Of a stretch of DNA of 64,000 nt, positions 55,601-64,000 are shown piece after piece. Position 1 is the stretch's first letter, and each line of letters starts with the position of its first letter. The position numbers were made by a program, and so were the translations under genes. The stretch is from Laetmonice hystrix (lineage: Eukaryota). The stretch is taken from the NCBI GenBank assembly GCA_965235115.1, contig OZ249446.1, positions 10,974,001 to 11,038,000 on the forward strand. Reading direction: 5' to 3'. The notes beneath the pieces are model-generated. The model worked only from the letters and a program-made list of their open reading frames with translations, had not been told where the DNA came from and made no database searches.

Positions 55601-58600
55601 AATCAGAACCCAGTCTCAGACCTCAACTTAAGACTTGTTAAAAACCGGACCTTGATTGATGTCAATCCAGTCCAAATATTACGACCAAGTTTATCAGGAT
55701 ACAAACACATTTCAGGAAGTAACAATGAACAAATAAGAATAAGATGTAGTTATTCGCAACTACTTTCACAAGTCTGAAGAGTTAAGTCTATGTCATTCAT
55801 TAAACCTTTGATATGCTATAGATAACTTAATTCGTGGGTGCACGTTGGTATACCATTATGGGCTAGAGTGCACATAACATCTATAACTTATAGATGATGA
55901 ATAATTGCTGGAAGTTGAGAAGATTTCCGCATACCCGTCACTCTGCAGCGGGTATTTTACTGACTGGTTTACAGACGAGGTTAGGATAAGAAAAGATAAG
56001 GAGTAAGGTAGCTGACATGTAGACTATGATAACGATTATACCCATCCACCATACATACTCCTCTCATACACTAGACTGATGATGACCCTCACACTGTAAG
56101 TATCGGAATGTACTATACCGAGTACAGTGTATAATATTGTGTCCGCATTGTCTGAACATGGCACCAGAGACTACAGAAGGCCGTTAAATCACCTACCTAT
56201 TCTTGTGCAAAGAATTTTTCTTATTTTTGTTTTCAAGAGTGTTCATATTATAACTGTTTAACAGATGACGTCATAGTAATGGTATGATGGTTGCTCTCAG
56301 ATAATTTATATATGTTTACTAATGGTCTCTGGTTCTGTGAGAAAACTAATTAACATCCTATAGAGTGTGTCAGTCCTATCGTTTTGGTCCATGTAGGTGG
56401 TGTCAGGATAGAGGGATATATTTTTGTTGTTGTAGAAATCGGAGGAATCATTTGGTCAGTTATATTCTGTATGTATGTAGAAATTGTGGCTGTGATGTTT
56501 ATATAGCGACCGCTGGCCCAGAGTAGATGTTGTTTTTTGTGGGGATGTTGAGATGTTATTTTTGGTAGCGTATTTGAGTAGGTATCGTGAAGTGTTGAAG
56601 GATGTGTGTGAATCATCGAGAGAGGTTTTATTAATTATTACAGTACGAGTATTTGATGATAACAAGAAGTCCTTCTCTATGTAATGAGTTGATTAAAGTA
56701 AGAGGTGTGTCAGAAGATGACATCATGGTGAATGTGGTGTTTTTATTTAGCTCATGAGGTATCTAATCAGACAAGGTTCCTTTGACCTGTCTTGTTAATC
56801 TACAAAAATCACATCGCCGGAGTTATATTCATGTAGAATCAATATTTATAATACGCAAACGAAACCTGGTACCTTTCAATCCTGTAGCGCCTCCAGGTAA
56901 TGTATCTGCTATTTCAAGTCTTTCCTACGGGTTATTTCTCTGCATATCCACGTATGTTTCTGTAAACATTTTACATCCGCTCTGTTTGTTTAAAGATGTT
57001 CCTCGAGGCGATGTCGAAGAAGTTGGAGAAACACAAACATTACACAAGCAGAGCGGTACGTATCTTATACACCCCGCCCATCAAACCATACGCACCTAAC
57101 TATCGATCTTACTACCTCGAGGATACTGTCTTTCCTGTTCTTTCTTTCAGAATAATTAAATTCGTAAATGTCCGTCTTTTCCCATGAAGATATTTTCACG
57201 TCCTGAACAGGATTCAATCAAGGCTGCCTAATGAGAAATGCTTAGAAAATAATTCAAATGCAAACATTTCTCTTTGTATACTACTTACAAGAATATTGTT
57301 TAGCACTTAGAAGAATATCCTGGTGCAAACCCTTCTTTTCATGTACTACTTACATGAATATCCTGATGCAAACCTTTGTTTTCGTGTACTACTTGCCAGA
57401 ATATCCTGGGACAAACCTTTCTTTCCATGTACTACTTACAAGAATATCCTGATGCAAATTTCTCTATGTATGTACTACTTACAGCTGAATCCTACCGACA
57501 AAACGTTGGCGTTCAACCAGGATTTCCGTATCAGTCACTACGCTGGTGACGTGACGTACGGCGTGGATGGATTCATCGAAAAGAACAAGGACACACTGTT
57601 CCAGGATTTCAAACGCCTCTTATACAACAGGTTCAAAGTCCTCTTGATCTTTCACCTTTAAAACCCCTTTTCTGTCCTCTCCATGAGGCAGTAATGAGGC
57701 AAATAAATTGATTGCTTTGTCATCATAATTCTTGTGAAACTCTTGATTTTGTCAAATTTGTGTTTATATTGTGGTTTTATTTTAATGTTGATTGTTTTGT
57801 TGACAGTAAGAACGAGATGATAAGCCAACAGTGGCCTGACGGATCGAAGCGGGTCACATCAATCACCAAACGACCAGTCACTGCCGGCACAAACTTCAAA
57901 AACTCCATCATCAAACTGGTCGAGAATCTTGCCTCAAAGGTCAGTTGTTGACCTAGTTTTAGGAGCCGTACTACGTGCAGTGTATCAACTGTTATAGTCA
58001 CAATGTTTTATTATGTTGACCTATTATCGACTGTTATAGTTACAATGTTTTATTTTGTTGACCTATTTGTAGGAGCCGCACTACGTGCGGTGTATCAACT
58101 AATATATAGTTACAATGTTTATTTTGTTGACCTCTTATCAACTGTTATAGTCACAATGTTTTATTTTGTTGACCTATTATCGACTGTTATAGTTACAATG
58201 TTTTATTTTGTTGACCTATTTGTAGGAGCCGTACTACATGCGGTGTATCAACTGTTATAGTTACAATGTTTTATTTTGTTGACCTCTTTGTAGGAGCCGT
58301 ACTACGTGCCGTGTATCAACTATTATTTAGTCACAATGTTTTATTTTGTTGACCAGTTTGTAGGACCTGTAGTACGTGCCGTGTATCAACTGTTATAGTT
58401 ACAATGTTATATTTTGTTGACCTATTATCAACTGTTAAAGTTACAGTTTTGTTGACCTGTTTGTAGGAGCCGTACTACGTGCGGTGTATCAACTGTTGAA
58501 GTTACAATGTTATATTTTGTTGATCTATTATCAACTGTTAAAGTTACAGTTTTGTTGACCTGTCTGTAGGAGCCGTACTACGTGCGGTGTATCAAGCCGA

Positions 58601-61600
58601 ACGAGGAGAAATCTCCACGATCATTTAACGACACGCGGGTCAAACACCAGGTCATGTACCTCGGTTTGGTGGAGAACATCCGGGTCAGACGAGCTGGCTT
58701 CGCCTACCGCATGGAATACACCCGCTTCCTACGACGGTCAGTACATCCTCACGGTCTAACATTGGTGTGGGGGTCAGTTTGGGCAGCGGCGGAGCCTTCA
58801 GACCTAGAACCCACACCGCAGATTCTTTTCTCCGGTACCTTGACTTTATGATTATAACGACGACGATGGCGATGATTACTATGATGATGAGTGTTGTTTG
58901 TGACGACAGGTACAAGATGATCTCCCAATTCACGTGGCCTAACTTCCGAGGCGGTTCAGATCGGGACGGGACAAGAATTATCGTTGAGGAGCAGGGTTTC
59001 CATGACGACGTCCAGTACGGCAAGACCAAACTCTTCATCAAGTCTCCTCAAACTGTCTTCAAACTGGAGGATACCCGAACCAAGATACTCCCCGGTATCG
59101 TCATCTTCCTCCAGAAGGTCAGCGCCTCAACTCAACTTAACTCAAAAAAATCTCACTGTTTCCATAAAGACAGATTGTTGGAAAGAGTCCAAGTATTGTC
59201 AAGGACGCTACTCATTACTAATTTCTAGATCGTCATATTAGGCGGGTATTTTGAGCTAGTTTTGCTTCTGTTGGATACATGAAAATACCTCCTTTCCTCC
59301 AGATGTGGCGCGGTGGGATTGCTAGGAATAAGTACAAAAAGATGAAAGCCTTGCTGCGAATCATGGCCGCCTACCGCAAGTACAAACTCAAGTCGTACAT
59401 GCGCAAGATTGCGTCGCTCTTCAAGTGAGTCCCGCGCCGTGGGGGTGGGTGGACGCTCACACTCATAACGTTATCTCCTTGGTTACCACAGCCTCGGTTT
59501 GATTTCTAGTCAGTTGGTGACGTACTTCCATCTGTTTACAGTGTTAGTTTAGTGAGTCCCGCGCCGTGGGGGTGGGTGGACGCTCACACTCATAACGTTA
59601 TCTCCTTGGTTACCACAGCCTCGGTTTGATTTCTAGTCAGTTGGTGACGTACTTCCATCTGTTTACAGTGTTAGTTTAGTGAGTCCCGCGCCGTGGGGGT
59701 GGGTGGACGCTCACACTCATAACGTTATCTCCTTGGTTACCACAACCTCGGTTTGATTTCTAGTCAGTTGGTGACGTACTTCCATCTGTTTACAGTGTTA
59801 GTTTAGTGAGTCCCGCGCCGTGGGGGTGGGTGGACGCTCACACTCATAACGTTATCTCCTTGGTTACCACAGCCTCGGTTTGATTTCTAGTCAGTTGGTG
59901 ACGTACTTCCATCTGTTTACAGTGTTAGTTTAGTGAGTCCCGCGCCGTGGGGGTGTGTGGACGCTCACACTCATAACGTTATCTCCTTGGTTACCACAAC
60001 CTCGGTTTGATTTCTAGTCCAGTTGGTGACGTACTTCCGTGTGTTTACGGTGTTAGTTTAGTGATGTATGAAGGTTTAGTGATGTCGATTTGTTATGTGT
60101 GTAAAAAGGTGTTGATTTGTTGGTGTAATGATCGAATTGTATAAACTCTTCCTAAAAAATGGGCTTTACGTAATTCTTGAACGACCCAACGTTTAGAAGA
60201 GAATGAGCAATGACCAGGAATGTTTTTTAATCAATATTTGTTCCTACCCCAAGAAATAAAAAAGACATAGTCAACTTGTTAAACTGTTTCGCCTGGTAAC
60301 GGGGTGATGGCTCAAAGAAAGTACCATACCTACACCCCTATCACACATTCCCCAAGTCTAGCCATATATTGCTTACCTCAGATCAAATTGAGAATTAGCA
60401 ACTCGAACTAATACCAACATTCTCTAAGAAGGTCTGATGGCATGAGATCGTAATGTAACAGCGGCTCTGATTGGCCCTTTTTAGGAATGCGAGGAGGATG
60501 AAGGATTATGGTAAGAGTATTAAGTGGCCCCGTCCTCCACAGGTATTGGCCAGCTACGTTCACACACTCCAACGGGTCCACGCCAGGTAAGTCTACACCT
60601 AGCCATATTCACCCTTCCTTCTGCCATGAAAGGGTCAGTCACGGGCTCAGGTGAAACTTTCGACACAAAATAAGGTTCCAGCCAAACGTTTGTTGATGAT
60701 ACGGGACAGGTCCGGTTTAAGATCGAGAACATCAGCAGGTTTTGTCCGTACCCTCTCTGTGACTGGCGTCTACAGTTGTACCACGTTTGTCCTCCAGGTG
60801 GCGCGCCTACATGATCATCCACAAGATCCCGCCCGAGGAGCGGGCCGGGATGTACGTCAAAGTGTACGCCGCTGAGGCCCTCCGTGGGAAACGCAACGAG
60901 TGGGGATACGGGAGGCGATGGGAGGCGAACTACCTACAGTCGGTAAGTCTACACCACTTCTGTTGAGGGTTGACTGCAGTTACTTCTGTACACGTTACAA
61001 CTATATCTCTGCCCGTACCTAGATTTTAGGGGGAATATTATGCTGGGGAGTGGCCTACTGATGGACATTGATTGTTTTGTGGTGGTGTGTGTTTGACAGA
61101 CAGCCGAACACAACCGTACAGCCGACATGATGCAGTCAGTCAACACCTTGAAATCAACGGACGGCTTCCACAAGGTGCTCTTCTCCTGCTTCTGCAAAAA
61201 GGTGAGAACTTATCAACTGAACTTAACATTACAACTTAGCATTTAAACTTAACATTAAAACGTAAAACTTAAACTTGACATTAAAAATTAGCACGTGAAC
61301 TTAGCACTTATAGGCCTACTTAACATTACAAATTAGCATTTAAACTTAATATTAAAATTAAACACTTAAACTTAACATTAAAAATTAGCACGAAATGTAG
61401 CGCTAAAGCTCATCACTAAAACTTTGCACTCAAAACAATGCTTGAAAGGAAGCTAATGAACCAAGTACAAACACACCGGGAGATGGCGCCACCTGTGAGT
61501 CAAGTTGTCAGCAGAGAATGTCATTTTAAACAAGGCTGTAGATTGATTGACTTACGGATTCACCAATACATTGATGGTCAGGAATCTGCACTTTGCCCGT

Positions 61601-62752
61601 TTTAACAGACCAACCGCTATGTTCGGAACGCTGATCGTGCCTTATGTTTCACCGACAAGTACATTTATAAGATGGACCCCAAGAAGTTCAAGAACATGAA
61701 ACCCGGTATTCCTATCACAGAGGTAGGTTGTATGTACATGTCTTGGTATTACCTACATTACCTGGTTAACACGATGAGTTAACTCGTAATGCAAATCGTC
61801 CAGATTCAGCACTTTTAACCAAAACTGTTTTGGTTCTTTTGTCCTTCTACGTTTCACTACGAGGATTGAGACCACATCTTGTATCCGTTTACGGCATTAA
61901 TTCATTGATTAACAGGTTGATTGTTTTATAAATGATGCCGTTTCCAGATGACCAGTTTGAGTGTCAGTCCAGGAACTGACCAGCTTGCCATCGTTCACCT
62001 GGAAGGAGGCAACGATCTGGTGGTGTGTCTGACAAGTAAAAACAACGACGATCGGGTCGGTGAACTGGTCGGGACGCTGTGTAAACTCTGGCAGAAGTAA
62101 GTCATCATCGATTAGTCGTTGTTATTGGGGGATAGGTCGGGGTATTACGGACATAAAGTTGTACCTGGGCAACCCGACTCCCGTCATCTTCAGTTTCTTT
62201 TAAACATCGTATCTCTCCTAAACTGAAGAATGAACTGAACAAGTTTTTACATAGACCTATAAACACCTAATTGGCTGGACACCATGTTGGCCTACTCGCT
62301 GGGAGCTTCGTTTTGTTCGCTCTCCTTGAAAAACCTTGACGTCACTGATAGCGTAAGAGACAAGGGCCCAGTTCGGAAAAACTTAAGATCTTGCTTAAGC
62401 TTAAGCTTAAGGCTTCTGATTGGCTGGCGTCAGTAGGTCAGCCAATCAGAAGCCTTAAGCTTAAGCTTAAGCAAGATTTTAAGTTTTTCCGAACTGGGCC
62501 CAAGTGTATCTGCGTGTGACGTAGCCGTGACGTGGTATTGTGACGTGGTATTGTGACGTGATATTGTGACGTATTGCTGTGACGTGTTGCAGGACGCAGG
62601 GTCAGAAGCTCCGGGTGACAGTCAGTGACGGACTCCAGTGCCGTCTCGGTCAGAAACCCAAGAACGTCTCCGTCCAAACCGGAAACAGCGGACCAACCTT
62701 CAAGAAAAATGGCGGCGATAATATACTTCTTCTCTATCCCAACTCTCGCTAA
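16434..62752 (+). CDS. MYO1D: Unconventional myosin I, MYO1D/G subclass (Myo1D / Drosophila Myo31DF-like); 22 visible coding exons, 5' coding exon not in view
   Basis: Manual splicing gives one continuous frame with all phases matching. Motifs: P-loop GESGAGKT, switch [10 protein letters not shown], switch II DIYGFE, acidic TEDS residue (D, 16 aa before DAFAK), IQ-like [12 protein letters not shown], and a TH1 tail with the PH-like K-x9-R ([11 protein letters not shown]). MYO1D/G-type strings include [36 protein letters not shown] and [10 protein letters not shown]. Confidence 0.95.
16681..16820. repeat. 16-bp tandem repeat (gtaccttacagacacg)n just after the E2 donor
   Basis: Direct inspection. 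Confidence 0.8.
21789..21985. repeat. 38-bp minisatellite, about 5 copies
   Basis: gtcgacctgtggtgggacaggccagtgccacagagcag. Confidence 0.88.
22417..24265. repeat. 63/69-bp minisatellite, about 28 copies
   Basis: ...tttaacgtgaaccactgggctggcccagctcagggaggtctccagacagtcggtgtgcacag... Confidence 0.93.
25168..25832. repeat. 31-bp minisatellite
   Basis: gacttcaggagtgccagctaggtgatagaca, about 21 copies. Confidence 0.9.
26153..26998. repeat. 32-bp minisatellite
   Basis: gtccagccaccgagacggtgaagggttaacta, about 26 copies. Confidence 0.92.
28352..29292. repeat. Two short arrays: 29-bp (gattccggtatggtgtgagggtactgtag) and a degenerate tgtagcaggac/tgtagcggtacag array
   Basis: About 28352-28518 and 29015-29292. 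Confidence 0.8.
30655..30805. repeat. About 41-bp tandem repeat, 4 copies
   Basis: aatccttgattcctgtggcttgaagcgtcagctccaaaggt. Confidence 0.8.
32948..34613. repeat. 35-bp minisatellite, about 47 copies
   Basis: gaggtgatctgtgagatggctgtataactgtggca with +3 and -1 variants. Confidence 0.95.
35530..38468. repeat. 58-bp minisatellite, about 51 copies, with higher-order structure
   Basis: catctgaagcaggacccagagcctggtgtgatattgggtattgtcctgtgtaggtttc. Confidence 0.95.
39969..40148. mobile_element. Degenerate palindromic MITE-like hairpin with cttaag repeats and attggct...ccaat core
   Basis: ccctggg...ttttagtttg / caaactaaaa...cccaggg arms with internal aatcttaaga inverted repeats. Confidence 0.6.
43293..43386 (+). 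CDS. MYO1D: Myosin exon E3 (P-loop): [32 protein letters not shown]
   Basis: gtgacag acceptor, gtgaga donor, 94 nt, phase 1 to 2. Confidence 0.95.
44534..45355. repeat. 46-bp minisatellite, about 18 copies
   Basis: gaacacctgtactaatggtacacttggactgatgaagtctgcagtg. Confidence 0.92.
45877..46910. repeat. 31-bp minisatellite, about 33 copies
   Basis: ctgtctgagagtgacattagacatccatctc. Confidence 0.92.
47916..48081 (+). CDS. MYO1D: Myosin exon E4 (switch I): [32 protein letters not shown]...NYLLEK
   Basis: tttcag acceptor, gtaaga donor, 166 nt. Confidence 0.95.
48064..48530 (+). repeat. 34-bp array derived from the E4 3' end and donor
   Basis: GTAAG at 48082 + 34n up to 48524 (14 sites). Confidence 0.93.
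48648..48701 (+). CDS. MYO1D: Myosin exon E5: [18 protein letters not shown]
   Basis: ttccag acceptor, gtgagc donor, 54 nt; canonical ERNFHxFYQ motif. Confidence 0.93.
48937..49032 (+). CDS. MYO1D: Myosin exon E6: [32 protein letters not shown]
   Basis: tgacag acceptor, gtgagt donor, 96 nt; YxYLNQG motif. Confidence 0.92.
53839..53958 (+). CDS. MYO1D: Myosin exon E7: [22 protein letters not shown]...AAILHL
   Basis: tgctag acceptor, gtgagt donor, 120 nt; AAILHL|G motif. Confidence 0.92.
54124..54327 (+). CDS. MYO1D: Myosin exon E8: GNMDFVEG...RDAFAK
   Basis: cttcag acceptor, gttaga donor, 204 nt. Confidence 0.94.
54726..54868 (+). CDS. MYO1D: Myosin exon E9 (switch II): [11 protein letters not shown]...[14 protein letters not shown]
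   Basis: cctcag acceptor, gtgaga donor, 143 nt. Confidence 0.95.
55004..55118 (+). CDS. MYO1D: Myosin exon E10: (S)[38 protein letters not shown]
   Basis: ttacag acceptor, gtgagt donor, 115 nt. Confidence 0.95.
55423..55533 (+). CDS. MYO1D: Myosin exon E11: [14 protein letters not shown]...[14 protein letters not shown]
   Basis: gatcag acceptor, gttagt donor, 111 nt. Confidence 0.94.
56996..57055 (+). CDS. MYO1D: Myosin exon E12: [20 protein letters not shown]
   Basis: ttaaag acceptor, gtacgt donor, 60 nt; matches the MFLEAL...HxHxSSR segment of MYO1D. Confidence 0.9.
57485..57630 (+). CDS. MYO1D: Myosin exon E13: [25 protein letters not shown]...FKRLLYN
   Basis: ttacag acceptor, weak gttcaa donor, 146 nt; HYAGDV motif. 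Confidence 0.93.
57807..57939 (+). CDS. MYO1D: Myosin exon E14: (S)[12 protein letters not shown]...[24 protein letters not shown]
   Basis: tgacag acceptor, gtcagt donor, 133 nt. Confidence 0.94.
57945..58595 (+). repeat. Array of acceptor + E15-start copies
   Basis: ttgttgacct...tag GAGCCGTACTACGTGCGGTGTATCAA recurs 7 times. Confidence 0.93.
58570..58736 (+). CDS. MYO1D: Myosin exon E15: [11 protein letters not shown]...[18 protein letters not shown]...
   Basis: ctgtag acceptor, gtcagt donor, 167 nt; the only one of seven acceptor copies that continues as RCIKPN. Confidence 0.95.
58910..59117 (+). CDS. MYO1D: Myosin exon E16 (converter): (R)[10 protein letters not shown]...[10 protein letters not shown]...IVIFLQK
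   Basis: cgacag acceptor, gtcagc donor, 208 nt. Confidence 0.95.
59303..59424 (+). CDS. MYO1D: Myosin exon E17 (IQ neck): [40 protein letters not shown]
   Basis: ctccag acceptor, gtgagt donor, 122 nt. Confidence 0.92.
59425..60060 (+). repeat. 127-bp array, 5 copies, each starting with GTGAGT
   Basis: GTGAGT at 59425, 59552, 59679, 59806 and 59933. Confidence 0.93.
60485..60586 (+). CDS. MYO1D: Myosin exon E18: (K)[33 protein letters not shown]
   Basis: ttttag acceptor, gtaagt donor, 102 nt; DYGKxxKWP motif. Confidence 0.92.
60798..60942 (+). CDS. MYO1D: Myosin exon E19 (TH1): (R)[11 protein letters not shown]...[10 protein letters not shown]
   Basis: ctccag acceptor, gtaagt donor, 145 nt; WExNYL motif. 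Confidence 0.92.
61100..61201 (+). CDS. MYO1D: Myosin exon E20 (TH1): [34 protein letters not shown]
   Basis: tgacag acceptor, gtgaga donor, 102 nt; VLFSC motif. Confidence 0.9.
61609..61722 (+). CDS. MYO1D: Myosin exon E21 (TH1): [24 protein letters not shown]...IPITE
   Basis: taacag acceptor, gtaggt donor, 114 nt; TDxxxYKMDP motif. Confidence 0.92.
61948..62096 (+). CDS. MYO1D: Myosin exon E22 (TH1): [28 protein letters not shown]...RVGELVGTL...
   Basis: ttccag acceptor, gtaagt donor, 149 nt. Confidence 0.92.
62364..62501. mobile_element. 138-bp near-perfect palindrome (MITE-like)
   Basis: 63-bp arms with one mismatch and a 12-nt loop; gggccc termini with aa on both flanks. Confidence 0.8.
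62593..62752 (+). CDS. MYO1D: Myosin terminal exon E23: (K)[21 protein letters not shown]...LLYPNSR*
   Basis: ttgcag acceptor, phase 2 fits E22, TAA at 62750-62752; resembles the LxVxV...QC.L..K...F.K tail end of MYO1D. Confidence 0.88.
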
Positions 62753-62909
62753 TTCCCCAAGTCCGGGGTGGGTAGGGACATGTCTACATGGGGACGTTTT
62801 GATAGCCGCATATTCTCAATAATGTGATTATTCTACTCGCGGGATTTAGTAAAATGTACAAAAAATGATGGTAACAATGAGTCGTGACAAAAAGGTTGAC
62901 ATGACAACC

Positions 62910-62915
62910 AATAAA
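62910..62915 (+). terminator. Candidate polyadenylation signal AATAAA (a second one at 63635-63640)
   Basis: Hexamer about 160 nt after the stop codon; use not verifiable from sequence alone. Confidence 0.4.
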
Positions 62916-64000
62916 CAATTTCCTGGTTGGTCCTTCACAGAAGAATGAAAAAGGTCAGATGACTGATTTTCAGATCATATAGACCTGTTACATCATGTTG
63001 ATGAACACATACGTAAGTCTTTCAGGGCAGTCCATAGCCTGAACGGGTTGGGTTTTTTGACGACCTTCACAACCTATAGCAGCTCCCTATACCGGAGCTT
63101 CCGCCATAGTCAGTGTATTTAAGTCAAGTTCGCGACCCTCATTACTGTAAACAGGCCTTTCACGACCAGGGCAACTTAGGCCTGCTTAGGACTGACGCTA
63201 TCATACGTCGTTGTGACGGTGTAAGAAGCCATGGCTGCCCCCGACCTTTAGTGACGTCATCACGAGCCGCCCTCTTACGGCAAAACACGGCCACCTGACG
63301 ATAGATGGCGCAACGGTTTCCGGTCAGGGCACGTATTCAAGAACTGCGACTTGTTGAAGGACTCTTGCACCCCGACGTGTGACAATCATAACTCCACAAA
63401 ATGATGATAGAGACGCGGGGGGGGGGGGGGGGTTGATTATAGGCGTACTGTTGATAATATTGTGTTGCGGTATTTCACTTAAGAAACCTACAATTTCAGA
63501 CCGTTGAATTGACTTTCCTTGCCCCTCTTAGTTGTGGATAGGCCCGTCACGAGGTGTGGTTGTTAGGCATATTGGCCCAATGTGCTACTGTGTGAACCGA
63601 ATACGTTGAAAGTTCTATGCATCTTGAATTGAAAAATAAACTCATTAGATTTCTGTGAGTGTACCGCTGACGTGTGTGACTAATGGTATGTTACAAGGGT
63701 TGGCTCTCGGCTAAATTCATATATCATGGGGTCATCTAAGTTGGTGTAATACACGTACCATGGACCTATGTATTATATGTTAGTGATACAACAAGTGTCC
63801 GGAATGACTATCATAACTTGCACATGAAAGTCCTTAAGTAAAAACACAGGAAATCATCTGCCTTTAAAAGTTGCTAAACTTATTTTTACGATTATGTTTT
63901 GTTTGTTACCCATACAGAATGAAAACATATGACTGATTAAACTGTTTGAGGTCGGTATTGGAGGTGACTGTAGTCAAGTCGAGGTGTATGTGAATTATAC

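Noticed and set aside
56350-56665. A/C-skewed minus-strand ORFs suggestive of a LINE fragment
   Set aside because: No recognisable RT or endonuclease motif.
61096-61103. Tandem acceptor gacAGacAG at E20
   Set aside because: The second AG is 4 nt downstream and frameshifts; a common, unremarkable configuration.

Overview
This window is repeat-rich animal (probably invertebrate bilaterian) genomic DNA with one + strand gene, a class I myosin of the MYO1D/Myo31DF type. I can splice 22 GT-AG coding exons from 16434 to the TAA at 62750-62752. All intron phases are consistent: 2920 nt, about 973 codons, covering motor, IQ neck and TH1 tail. The first coding exon (about 30 aa) was not found and probably lies upstream of the window. 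The introns carry more than 30 unrelated tandem minisatellites, which explain almost all long ORFs in the supplied track, plus a TTAA-flanked MITE and a family of CCAAT-cored hairpin elements. I see no evidence of a prokaryotic-type or wholly new gene system. The most unusual signal is that tandem duplications repeatedly sit on the myosin splice junctions. These are an in-frame duplicated P-loop acceptor, 13 extra donors after one exon, an intron built almost entirely from six decoy copies of the next acceptor plus exon start, and a 127-bp array that begins at a donor. Exon numbers below assume one unseen upstream coding exon. Comparisons with human MYO1D are from memory, not from a search.
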